Source: Octopus vulgaris
Lineage: Eukaryota
NCBI GenBank assembly: GCA_951406725.2
Contig: OX597821.1
Coordinates: 53,878,001 to 53,942,000 of the forward strand
Reading direction: 5' to 3'
Length of the DNA stretch: 64,000 nucleotides
Shown here: positions 11,190-23,462 of the stretch, piece by piece
Layout of the letters: each line of letters opens with the position of its first letter
Numbering within the stretch: position 1 is the stretch's first letter
Position numbers and translations under genes: made by a program
Notes under the pieces: generated by a model
Databases searched by the model: none
What the model saw: only the letters and a program-made list of their open reading frames with translations
Told to the model about the DNA's origin: nothing

Positions 11190-11570
11190 GACACAGGCGT
11201 GGCTATGTAGTAAGATGTTTGTTTCTTAACCATGTTTCGGGCACCTTGGGGCAAATGTCTTCTACGATGTGTCAATGGCTCGCGTCACAACACATCCCCC
11301 TATTGAAATTGACTTCCGTTGGAATTTAATATTATTTTCATTTAGTTTCTTTCGTCACATTTCCCTTTCTGAGATTTTCTCAGGTAACTTGTGATTGTAG
11401 GTAACTTGTGATTGGATTTGGTAGGCGGCAACTGAAAGAAACACGTCTTGTATGTATATATGTGTTTGTGTGTGTTTATGGGTGTTTGTGTTTGTTCCCC
11501 CACCATCGATTGACAACCGATGCGGGTGTGTTTATGCCACTGTAAGATAGCGGTTTGGCAAAAAAGACCT
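11190..11570 (+). mobile_element. SINE family A interrupted by an inverted Gypsy PPT/LTR segment (11268-11380)
   Basis: SINE head 11190-11266, body resumes near 11400; 11268-11380 is the reverse complement of 10817-10935. Confidence 0.8.
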
Positions 11571-12132
11571 TAAAGAGGTAAACTTTCATATAGAGATCGC
11601 TTTCCTCCTGTTCTTAACCAATTCTCCTCCACCACCACGCCTTTCTGTTAATATATTCACTTACATCACACCTAATTTTCAGACACATGATACCACAAAC
11701 GAAAGAAACAGCCCACACTATTTAAGGCTTGGAAAGAAATTTAACCTGCCTTATGATTACTTGTTAAGGTTATTTCTGTAGATATTCTATAGATATTTTA
11801 TAGCCAGCGCCGATTTTTGCTACAACGTTTTTCGTATACGAGACGTCAGGTGTAAACAAACGATGAGATCAAAAATAAGAAAAGGGTGTCTCTTCATCAG
11901 CAACCACCCAATACTTTTATCCGCGAACCCTTTGCTTAAATAGCTATTATATACAGCGATGTTTGGTTATTGGATATATTAAACGCATTCTTGGAAGCTG
12001 ATATGTAAATACTAATAACTTGTAGGTACGCGGTATTTTTTTGTGCGACCAGAATATACTACGTTATATGACTAGTTAGTAAGCCAAAACTTCGAAGTCA
12101 TTATCAATTTTTCCTTGTAAAAGCTGATATAA

Positions 12133-12367
12133 TCTTTTATTCTTTTATTTGTTTAATTCATTTGACTTCGGCCATGCTGGGGCATCCCCTTAAATTGTTT
12201 TAGTAGAAGAAATTGACCCAGGATTTATGCATTGTAAACCTGGTATTTATTCTATCAGGGTCTTTTACTGAACCGCTAAGTTACGATGATATAAACACAT
12301 CAGCATTGGTTATCAATTGATAGTGAGGGGACAAACAGACACACACATATACATACATAAATAAATA

Positions 12368-12426
<59 letters not shown>

Positions 12427-12560
12427 GACAGGTTTCTTTCAGTTTCCGTCTACCAAATTCACTCACAAGGCTTTGGTCGGCCCGAGGTTATAGTAGAAGA
12501 CACTTGCCCAAGATGCCACGCAGTGGGACTGAACCTGGAACCATGCACGCCTGCGCCTAT
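12133..12560 (-). mobile_element. SINE family A with central (TA)n
   Basis: Family match: GGCCATGCTGG..; TTTCAGTTTCCGTCTACCAAAT..CAAGGCTTTGGTCGGCCCGAGG. Confidence 0.9.
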
Positions 12561-12595
12561 GTGCGTGTGTGTGCGCGCGCACGCGTTTCCCTTTC

Positions 12596-12596
12596 T

Positions 12597-12662
<66 letters not shown>
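12596..12662. repeat. (GATA)n microsatellite
   Basis: Read directly. Confidence 0.97.
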
Positions 12663-12663
<1 letters not shown>

Positions 12664-13539
12664 TTGATAGATTGATACTGTAAAGAAAGAAAGGAGAAAC
12701 CTTCCAGTAGTGTAACATTTATATCAATATATAGAATAGAATAAAAAGATCAGCCATGCTTGAGACTAAAGAAAAAAGAACAACTAAATTATATATTATT
12801 AGAAAATTCATTTTTAATATAAAAAATATTCCTATATTCCTGTCATTATTAATTAAGTATTAAAGTTTTCTTTGGGAAAAATATAACCCTGTGTCCCTTA
12901 TTATCTGTTGTGTGCGTATGTATCCATGTATGTATCCATGTATGTATCCACCCATCTACAAGCACACACACACATACACACACACGCACATACTCAGGTA
13001 ATTTGTAATTCATATTGATAGCTTTTAAGTTTTAGTCTAAAATGTAGTTGAAAAAATTTGGAAATTTCACATCATTGAAATATATACAGAATATTATAGC
13101 TCTTTGTCCTCTTAATGGCTTAAAATCTTCATATAATTCTTCTCTTGAAAGCTTTTACGAAAATTTTGTAAATTAAAGTATCCTCAATGTTTTTTCCCAT
13201 TTCTTTAATGAAATGTGTGTGTGTTGTGTTGATTATGTGTGTGTGTGTGACTGAGTGCGAGCGCGCGTGTGCATATATTTAGCTATATTTTATCTATTTT
13301 TGTATTTATTTCTCGGCAAAAACGAAGTGTCATTTGTTTGTAATTTCTTGCCATTTAGCTGCTTTGAAATACCACACTTCTCAGAGGAAACAATATTCAA
13401 AATGTTAATAACTAATTGAAATAACCATTAATAATTCAGCAATCATATGGTACAAAGTATTTTTCATATAAATATATAAGAGGTATTGGTATCCAAAAGA
13501 ATATATCTAATATTTCCCTCTATTTAACCATCACACATC

Positions 13540-13587
13540 GTCGCTGATGAAGGGATATCCTTAATATCCCAGAAAGAGCAGTATGAC
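13540..13587 (+). ncRNA. Type I hammerhead ribozyme motif, slightly decayed
   Basis: GTCG-CTGATGA-A-GGGATAT-CCTTA-ATATCCC-A-GAAA-GAGCAG-TA-TGAC: 7-bp stem II, 4-bp stem I; stem III is probably a mutated CAGCTG palindrome. Confidence 0.65.
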
Positions 13588-13927
13588 TAACTTTCTTTTT
13601 ATAAACGTCCTGAAAATTCCACACAGCCTTGGCTTTGTTGTCTCATTTTATTTAACACACACGCACACACACACACACGCACGCACACACACACGCACAC
13701 ACATACACACACATACACACGTATATGATGCATTTATGCAAGTATATATGTTTTTTCTACTGTATGTGTATATCTAGCTATGATCACAACCTCAAGCAAT
13801 CTCGGAAATTCCTTCAAAGACCATCTTTAGTTAGGAAGAGGGCCCTTACAAATTATTCTCACTCTTTTTATCAACATGTATTAAGCACACATTTTTTCAG
13901 CTTTTGTACCATCCTCAGACAACTATG

Positions 13928-13958
<31 letters not shown>

Positions 13959-14908
13959 CCTGTGTGCGAGCGCGTGTGTGCTTGTGTCCTGAGTGTGTGC
14001 ATAGAAACATACGCATGCACACAGATGGATGGATGGAGGGAGGGGAGGGATAGATGGGTGGATTGTTCTGATGAGATCAAATGAGAAAGCGAAAATCTGA
14101 TTATGCAAGAAAATCAATTTAAAGTATTCAGCAACATCGAATTTTATGGTGGGTGGATTGAAAATCAGTGTAGACTTACTTTTAAATTAAACTGAACATT
14201 CATTTTGCCACCATGCCACAGTTTTTCCCCGAATCAAAAACTGCCAATTGATCCGTTTCCTTCTCGGCTACTAGGATCTAGATATCCCTTTTTTCTCATG
14301 CTTTTCTTTAAATATTTAACCCATAAATATTACTGAACTTTAACTACATTAATCTCATCAGACTAGCAGATAATCCTGAAAATGCTATGTCGACTGGCCT
14401 CCTTCCGAATAATATAATACAGCATTGATATTCTGAAGAGATATAATTCCCAGTAATAGCACTGGAAATAATTCATGAGATCATTAACGAGTACTATTCC
14501 GAAAAACAAAGCAATCGCTGAATATTTACGAAGGATGTAATATCTACATCCCAATGCAATTTTAAATTATAAACAGAAAACCGTTAAACAATGGCAAATG
14601 CATCTTACACAGCAGTTGATCTCAGGGTTTAACATGTTCCATGTAACACAAGAACTGCTCTACGAACTTGCATATAAAAATAGACAGGTGAGAAAAGAAA
14701 CACTCTTCACATGATAAAACGGTTAGCACAGGTATGTTTCCCAGCATTTAAAATGATAGCGATAGAGACTGGAATGTGACCTCTCTTGAAATTGCGATCG
14801 TTTATGTCATGATCTGAAAATACAGTTCTGAAATACAAGAACAAATGATAAAGGTAGACGTTAGCCTTCATGAACTCTCATGGTGTGATCAAAACTATCG
14901 AGTATCCA

Positions 14909-16203
14909 TCAGGTCATCCCATTAGTTTTGTCCGAATTTTGAATGAAGAAAACAAGTGTTTAAATGTTACATTTAACTGAAATTTAATCATCAATGTACT
15001 TTCCTCAATTATCTATGACTTCATTCCATCTATTTACAAGTTTTTTAATCCCATCAATGTAAAACTCTTTTGGTTTCAAAGCGAAGAACTCTGAAATGTC
15101 AGTTTCGATCTCCTCCTGGCTTGTGAAAGTTATGTCCCTCAAATGATTCTGTAAACTACGAAACAAATGGTAGTTTGAAGGAGCAAGGTGGGAGGAATAA
15201 GGTAGATAATGAATTTTTTCCCAACCAAGCTCTTCGATCCTCTGTGATGTGATCTTTGCAGTGTGGGGTCACGCATTGTCCTGATGAAACACCACTCCTT
15301 TTCGATTCACTAGAGCGAGCCTTTCTTTTCTTCAAAGCTTGGTTCAAACACTCTAATTGCTGACAGTAGACTTGAGCATTGATTGTTGCATTAGGTGGTA
15401 ACAATTCAAAGTGAATTACTCCTTTGCAATCCCACCAGATAGCGAGGAGAACCTTTTTTCCATGAAGTTCCCTTCTCAGTTGTGGTTGAGCTTTTTCCCT
15501 TTTACCAAGCCACTATTAACGACGTTTAACATTTCGGTAGAAGATCCATTTTTCGTCACCAGTCACAAGTCTATCCAAAAAGGGTAAAATGAGTTCGCGA
15601 GAATGGAGAGAAGAGCAGATGTCAACTGGAGATTTGCGGTTGCTTTGGGACAATTCATGAGGCACCCATTTTCCAAGATTAGGAACCTTTCCAAGTTGTT
15701 GAAGATGACGAAAAACAGTTGTATGGTTTGAACTAAGCTTTATTGCAGATTCTTTAACTGATAATACAGGATTTTCTTCAAGTAATGCCCCAAGGAGCTT
15801 ATCATCAAAACTCAACTGGACGTCCTGTTCGATCTTCATCTTCAAGGCTGAAATCTCTATTTCTGAATTTTGAAAAACATTTTCTGCAAGTTCTTTCATT
15901 CAAGTATTCTTTCCTATAAACTGAGTGCATGTTCCGAGTCGCTTCGGTTGCAGAGTTTCCTTTTTTGTTTTGTACTCATAAATCATTATGTACCTTAAAT
16001 GCTCTTTGGATACTTTCATGTTAGAAAGGGTTTTAACCAAATAAATTTTAATTCTATTATTCTGTAAAAGAATATTTAATTAGTTTAAATGTACACAAAT
16101 ACATAAAAATAATTTTTAATTCCATTACATATTCTAAAATACTATTAGATATCATTCAATTTTTAAAAAGGTCAAATTGGACAGAACTTATGGGATGATC
16201 TGA
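14909..16203 (-). mobile_element. Mariner transposon, full length, inactive (transposase 16019-14984)
   Basis: TIRs TCAGGTCATCCCATTAGTTTTGTCC / GGACAGAACTTATGGGATGATCTGA plus TA; MKVSKEHLRY, WVPHEL, VTGDEKW, HQDNA, PYSSHLAPS motifs; stops and frameshifts. Confidence 0.93.
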
Positions 16204-16357
16204 TAATATGTCTGTAGATATGGCATCAACAGTTTTGTTGTCATCAAGCTACTACTTTCCTCTAAGGCATGACGTTGTTACTAAGATAACAGACGATGTA
16301 GTCAGGAAAAGACACTACCTGGTATATAGATGTGAAAATATTTGGGAATTGAGTATA

Positions 16358-16445
16358 TTCTGTTCTACTCTAGGCACAAGGTCCAACATTTTGGAGGAGG
16401 GGGCCAGTCGATTAGATCGACCCCAGTACGCAACTGGTACTGGAC
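16358..16445 (-). mobile_element. SINE family B 3' fragment
   Basis: TCTACTCTAGGCACAAGG..TTAGATCGACCCCAGTACGCAACTGGTAC. Confidence 0.75.
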
Positions 16446-16742
16446 TGAAATTTCACAAGAGCCTAGAAAACTCACAAGATCTGATAGATTACGAAAAATC
16501 TCAAAGCGTACAGCAAATTTAAAGTACTACAAAATCTTGATCTATTGAAATTAGCAGACAAATCTCCTTCAAACCACAATCTACTCTCATAAAAAAATGG
16601 AAATTATGTATTGGATAATGTGATTTAAGATGCTCATAAAATGCTAGAATAGTCAAGGCTGGAATGCCTTTGATTGTGAGCCTGCTATCTGATTATAGCA
16701 GGCCTGGGGATTAGCAACAGCGACAAAGAAAAATTTAAAGTG

Positions 16743-16855
16743 TATTTTATTAATTAGATCTGGAGTTTTGGACACTGCTCTATGCCCCCTGAAGTCCCTT
16801 ATTTTATTAATTAGATCTGGAGTTTTGGACACTGCTCTATGCCCCCTGAAGTCCC
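16743..16855. repeat. Perfect tandem duplication, period 57 bp
   Basis: TATTTTATTAATTAGATCTGGAGTTTTGGACACTGCTCTATGCCCCCTGAAGTCCC occurs twice. Confidence 0.95.
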
Positions 16856-17400
16856 GTTGAGATCGATGAGATGGATGCCATTAGTATTTTGCAAGAAAGA
16901 CATGTTCGAGAAGAATTCAAGGAAACAGACATTCTGGGAGAAAAAGAATATGTGTTGGCAATGTGGGGACAGGGTCCTGGACACATCATAGCCAAGGAAA
17001 GGCGGAGAGACAAGTTAATTGCAAGTGCCTGAAAGGAATTATATGAAAGAAGCCAGCTTCAATGAGCAGAGGCCTTTTTAAGAACGTAGAAAAAGCAGGG
17101 AGAAGCAACAGCATGTGTGTCAAAGATTGGGTGTATTTGTTATTGACTGAGTAGCCTTTCTCTGGAATATATTTGTGTGCAACAAGAGTACTGTCTCAAT
17201 TCTGGGAACAGTATCCCACTGTGGGTCTCACCTGAACTTTATAGAAAGCAAGTAGTTATTGAATCCGCAGTATTTGGGGGTTTGAAACAGTGTAGAAGAC
17301 AGCAACCCAACCAATATGAATATTGATAACTACTTTAAAACCTAATATGCCTGTACCTAGATTGTGCATTTATGACTGAATGATTCACAGTCTGGTTTAT
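16800..17400 (-). mobile_element. LINE (CR1/L2/Jockey-group) 3' RT fragment
   Basis: Minus strand encodes LYKVQVRPTVGYCSQN, similar to the LYKaqIRPxmEYcshiW motif of these clades. Confidence 0.6.
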
Positions 17401-18163
17401 AGCAATTATTGTTTCAGTAATGAAGAGAAGATTTTCATGTTGAGAATCAGAACATCAGAACAGACACACACACTCAGCCTACAAATTCAATCCGTATTCA
17501 AGCAGTAAAAATATATATTTTCTCAATTTCAGCAAGGAACTCGTACCTCTTGTAAACATTTCAAATCAGATGAATAATTTTTGCTTCTTAGTTTGATACA
17601 AACCCCTTTCTTTACAAGAAGATTTCACAGAGTTAAAATAGGAAAAGACATACACATATTTTCCGTTATGTTTTTGCACTTCGTAATTTAATATCAAGCA
17701 TAAACAACTGTGGTTATCGTAATAGAATATACGCAAGTTGTTTTCCATCACGATGAAAAAGCATGCTTGTGTAAATAACGATTTACACAAGTAATAAAAA
17801 TATAAACCTACACCTGCTAAGCACATACCATCGTTTTACTTTTTGGAGGTGTTTCAATCTAGTATTATTTTCCAGTGAGATTAAATACAATTTTATTAAC
17901 AGGGTGTGCTTTTTCTAATGCCTGCAGAGTGGCTTTCACAATTTTCTGATCTCCACAGCGATGCTTTAGGGGATAAATATTTCCTGTAAACATATTCCAC
18001 GAGAATTTTACATAATCTTACAGAGCTGCAGCAGAATATTATGCTATGGTTATAAAACATCCCACAACTTTCAATTTATTCGATATTTGACTTGCAAAAA
18101 TTTGACAATACAAATTCAAATTTCCAACACGATATATACATCTTTCTCTTTCTCTCTCCTTTA

Positions 18164-18204
<41 letters not shown>

Positions 18205-18208
<4 letters not shown>

Positions 18209-18425
18209 ATAGTTAATCCAAGCATGAAAACACAAAGAGAAAACACAATAACGCGAGGACGTGGAACAAGTATAGTGTTATTGGACGCTCAGGAAAGGAA
18301 AGGAAAGAAGGGGAATTTAACGTTTCGTGCGGAGCTCTTCGTCAGAAACATAGAAAAAGGAAAGTTCCAAGGAAGGGAAAACGGAGAATGAAAAGCGCCA
18401 ACAATACACACGCGGTCACATATAT
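18205..18425 (-). mobile_element. Second copy of the hammerhead-bearing short unit (ribozyme motif 18316-18348)
   Basis: Minus strand TTT-CTGACGA-A-GAGC-TCC-GCAC-GAAA-CGT-T-AAA; flanks homologous to 2335-2555. Confidence 0.7.
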
Positions 18426-18444
18426 GTATGTATGTATATATATA

Positions 18445-18815
18445 TATTCTTTTATTCATTTATTCTCTTATTTGATTGCGGCCATGCTGGAACACCGACT
18501 TTAGTCAAACAAATCGACCCCATGACTTATTCTTTGTAAGCCTAGTACTTATTTTGCTAAACTCTAAGTTACAGGAACGTAAGCAACCCACATCGGTTGT
18601 GAAGTGAAGGGGGGGGCACAAATACAGACACAAACATAGACACACAGGCACACATGTATATATATACGATGGGCTTCTTTCAGTTTCAGTCTACCAAATC
18701 CACTCACAAGGCATTAGTCGGCCCGCGGTTGTAGTAGAAGACACTTGTTCAAGGTGTCACACAGTGGTACTGAACCCAGGACCATGTGGATTGTAAGCAA
18801 GCTACTTACCACTTC
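18445..18815 (-). mobile_element. SINE family A
   Basis: Family match as at 12133. Confidence 0.9.
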
Positions 18816-18816
18816 T

Positions 18817-18865
<49 letters not shown>

Positions 18866-19249
18866 AGCAGAGTTAGCGGTTGCAATAACCATCTAAGGAA
18901 TAATACTATCCGTTCTTACTACCGGTATCATTTACCTATGCTATCTCTGGACATGGGTATGCAAGCACACTATGCTCATAGACTACAGGTAACAACAGAA
19001 TGAACAAAAGTTTATCAGGGTTCAAATTTAAATAAACAGAAAATGAAGAAAACTGTTGATCAACAAACAAATTGACCAACATTGGTTGATTATTTTTTAA
19101 TACAGAACATGACATAACATTCATAAATATATATATATATACAAAGGGAGAGAGAGAGATGCACGAGTGGCCGGGTGGTAAGAAGTTTGCTTCTCAAGTA
19201 TTTCTTTATGTCTGTGTTGGTCCGTCCATTTGCTTGTCAATTGTTTGAC

Positions 19250-19660
19250 CTTAACCGGTTGAGCATGTCCCGTAGTGACTGACGATATGTGCATCTCTGA
19301 TCACGAGCAGAAGTAGTGGGGGAGCATCATAGCCATGTGGTGAGAGGGATTCTTTGGGGTATGAATAATTAACCTCTGGAAACATGGGTGTTTCGTTCAA
19401 CATCCTTAAACAACCCTTATTCAGGAACCTTTTGAGCGGGATGGGTTACTCGACCAGAATAAAATTCTAACTGGGTCCCACCTGCAAGGTCATGTGCTGT
19501 TTATTTTGATATGAGATCACCATGTCGTGCACATATGGTTGTGATGCATGTGCCTAGTGTATCCTTATCAGACGAGTAGTCATGATGGGCATACTGGTCC
19601 TCGTATATTTTACCCCAGTGTCACTTCGATGGCATGCGTTGCTCTCTCACTCAATAATAA
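19250..19660 (+). mobile_element. SINE-like repeat family C
   Basis: GAGCATGTCCC..GTGCATCTCTGATCACGAGCAGAAGTAGTGGGGGAGCATCATAGC recurs inverted at 44155-44285; ends in (AAT)n. Confidence 0.7.
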
Positions 19661-19664
19661 TAAT

Positions 19665-19880
19665 CCTTTCTATAGTAAACACAAGGCCTGAAGACTTGTG
19701 AGGAGGAACTATTCGATTGCATAGACCCCAGTACTCAACTTGTACTTAATTTATCGACCCTGACAGAATGAAAGACAAAGTTGACCTCGGCGGAATCTGA
19801 ACTCAGGACGTTGCAACGGGCGAAATACCGCTAAGCATTTCGTCCAGCGTGCTAACAATCCTGCGAGCTCGCTGCCTTAT
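19665..19880 (-). mobile_element. SINE family B
   Basis: TTTATCGACCC..GACCTCGGCGGAAT..GAAATACCGCTAAGCATTT..GCTCGCTGCC. Confidence 0.85.
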
Positions 19881-21694
19881 CAATAACAACAACAATAATA
19901 ATAATACTAATAATAATAATGCGGACAAGAAGATAAAGTAGAAGATTAAAATGCAAAAAATGATGCAATACAATGAAAGCAAGGAAAAGATACATATTAA
20001 TATATTAAAGACATAAATATCGGAGTCACAATTTATAAAGACAGAACAAACAAGACAAATAACTAATACAAGAAAAGAACACAGTAACAATGTAACAACA
20101 GTCCAAGCAACATACCTATAGAACATTAGACAATAAAAGCTGAAGCAGAACTACACTGAAATATAAACACTATTGGATATGAGAAAGATCTAAGGTTTGA
20201 TGTTTCTAAAGCTAGACATTTCAAATATGAGTAAAATCTAAAGGTGAAAATAGTTAAAGAATTAAAATCGATCGATCTTCCTCTGAAGCAATGACAGACC
20301 ATCCCAAAGTAAAAATTTAATAATATAATACCAACAACGATGCTCAAATAAAATGCAAACGTCGCCAACGTAGTCTCGCTGAAAACAGATAAGAACATCA
20401 ATATCACCAGAATAAATCAATTTATCTATGGTGTAACCAGAGGCGTCATAAAGAAATATGAAGACCTCCTCAATCTGTCTCATACAGTAATAGTTACACT
20501 CAGTCAAGCATACGGATTCTAACCAATATATAGATAAAGAAAGAAAATACAAGAGAAATCGACAATGAAACCACACAAAAAAAAAAAACAGATCTAAATA
20601 CAACAAAAATAAATAAGATAACTAATAAGCATAATACATCATAGAAACACCTACAAGAAGAATTTGTTGTATAGTCATAAAGAATCCGCGGTTGTGCAAA
20701 AATTGTTAAGAGTTTTGAATAAAACAAACAGCCTGTTTCCAACCAAAAAACGATTTTTAGCAAGAACTTCATAGGAATGAAACAGATCAACAAAAGCAGT
20801 AAAAGATTTGTGAGGAGGTGTGTATGAGAGATAAGGAGGCTAACCATTCGAAGCATACCAGCAAAATAATTCTCATATGAAACAAAAAGAGAACTAACGA
20901 AAATACTACAAAATACATAAAGCAGGAAAATAGCCAGAGATGATAAAATGCTAAACTTGTGGATAAACATCTGAAGTTAAATATAAATTAACTGTGAGGA
21001 GAATCAATGACTTACAGGAAGAACAAATGATTACCCAACCGAGAGAAAAATCGTAAACTAAAGAAACTTCAAATCATCACAACAGTCTCATATTCGACAA
21101 TGGGATATCTTCCACAAAGAAGAATTTGATTGTTCATGGTTCAATAATTGGTCTTCTTATCTGTATAAAGGTTTAAAGAAGAGAAATGTCCTTCACTCAA
21201 AGGTTCTGGAGATATTAGCAGCGAGTTAAAGTAACGCCAATAATAAGCAGATACATTAAACAGGCTCTCAATAAACACACATAACAACAACCTTGACGTG
21301 TAACGAAACAGAATGAGAAACAAAAAACAATGGAATGATAATCAACCATCTTACTACATATATGGAGTACTAATTCAAATAAAGAATTAGCATTTAATTC
21401 GATTTAGAAAAGTTTTGAAGAGGAGGAATAAATAAAACCAAGTAATATATTAAATAAACTGAAGTGAGTATTATTCGACTCTCCGATAAACCCTTGACTA
21501 ATTTTTGTCAATTTAAACCATCACCAGTTTACACGTGAGAGACATGTCAAATTTTGGATCCAAGTAACGAAACAATGTACAAACATTTAGATAAAATGGT
21601 AAAAACAGATTAGATCAATAATTAAAAATGTGCTAAATACTTACATGTTTTCAAGTTAATAATGAGAACCACCAAATCACAAACGAAGGAATAT

Positions 21695-22120
21695 TGGCTT
21701 CAAATTTCGGCACTAGGTCAGCAATTTCCGAGAAGCGGGTAAATCAATTACATTGATCCCAGGGCTTGTCTGACACTTATTTTACTGACTCCAAACGAAT
21801 GAGAGACAAAATCGACCTGGGCGGAATTTGAACGTAAAAGCGGAAGAAATGGCACTAAGCATTTTACTCGGCGTGCTAACAACTCTTATTTCTGTATTGC
21901 CCACAAGGGGCTAAACACAGAGAGGACAAACAAGGACAGACAAAGATATTAAGTCGATTACATTGACTCCAGTGCGTAACTGGTACTTAATCTATCGACC
22001 CTGAAAGGATGAAAGGCAAAATCGACCTCGGCGGAATTTGAACTCAGAACGGAGCGGCACACGAAATACCGCTAAGCATTTTACTCGGCGTGCTAACAAC
22101 TCTGTCAGCTCGCTGCTTTC
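21695..22120 (-). mobile_element. Two adjacent or nested SINE family B copies
   Basis: AAAATCGACCT.GGCGGAATTTGAAC and CTAAGCATTTTACTCGGCGTGCTAACAACTCT each occur twice. Confidence 0.85.
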
Positions 22121-23036
22121 ACAGACAAAGAAGAATTATGTGAGAAATATATGCAGGTAGCTATCTTCCTGTAATTAGAATCAGCGTACAAAATAACTAC
22201 GAAAATCCATTAAAGAATAAAACGTATACAATACAAATATATGCAAAATACGAAGAAAAATAGCTATGATCTGTTTTCAGAGAGATCAACAAATATAAAA
22301 CAGATTGGAGTATCGGACTAAAACCTGATCTAAAAACGGGATTATAAAATGTCATACAATACCATTTGCAAAAGTCGATAAAATATTCATCACATGCTTA
22401 GAAACATATATCTCAAATCTATGATCAAAAAGTTTTTGAGTTTGACTCAAGAAACTACTAAAAGGAAGTTTCTCAATAAAAACTATCAAAAACATATAAC
22501 CAATTAATGATTTTTCTTAACGTAACTGCATACGTGAATAAACCAGTCACATTTCTCTGGTTTTGCTACTTCTTGACAAAAGACAGCTAACAGGAACATA
22601 TATAAGTACTTTGTAACAACCATACACTAGAAATTGTCAGTATTATGAAATATACACCGAAAATTAAGGTGCTGCAAATGTACGCCACATGTCTCCAGCA
22701 GCAGGGTATCCGGTTCTAGGATAAGACAGCCTTCAGAAACAGGGAGATTACGGAAGTTTGATCATATATTATTACATAAGGACAAACAAATTTAAAGTCT
22801 TTTTATTTCAATCATTTGAAAAAGACAACAGCAATATGCCTATGGAGGAAATGGGAGAAATATAGAAATACAAGCATTTCAGAAATTCAAAATGTAAAAA
22901 CTATAAACCGAAATTATAAAAAGAGATTCCGACAAATATTACGTTGGAAAGAAAGTCCTGTCACATTTCAAGACGGAAAGGAAACCAATGCTTCTTTGAC
23001 TTTAACTCCCAATTAATAAGCTCTTTTACCCCTATA

Positions 23037-23413
23037 ATAGCAGTATCGCCTGGCTTTGCTCGGGTTTGTTTCGACCCTTTACAATTGGAATTTTTGTAAA
23101 GTAAAAATATTGCATTATGTAGCTTGTTATTCTCTTTAAGTGAACATTTTTCTGGTTGAAATACACCGAAAAATAGCGCGACACAGCAGTCAAAAAGTCG
23201 TAATAAATAAAGATTTTTATTAAAAAAAAAAACCTTTTTGATATAAATAATTTTTGGTGTTAACATGGTCCGATTTGAATTCTTTCTTCTTCGGAAGGAA
23301 GAGCAAGCCTTCTTCTATCATACTCTCAATTTTGGTAAACTTGCGCCGCAGGGTCTCGGAGGAAATAGTGTTAGTTGAAGGCTACCAAACCTGCCATACA
23401 CAGACAGCTTCAG

Positions 23414-23462
<49 letters not shown>
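23037..23462 (-). mobile_element. Non-autonomous Helitron
   Basis: Same terminus as 9818 (TAGCAGTATCGCC.GGC.TTGCTCGGGTTTGT); the other end is (TA)n-GA|T; A|T insertion site. Confidence 0.8.

Noticed and set aside
15156-15290. Mariner catalytic triad reads D,D34N as in the domesticated SETMAR transposase
   Set aside because: The copy has stops and frameshifts and retains TIRs, so the Asn is most simply neutral decay.
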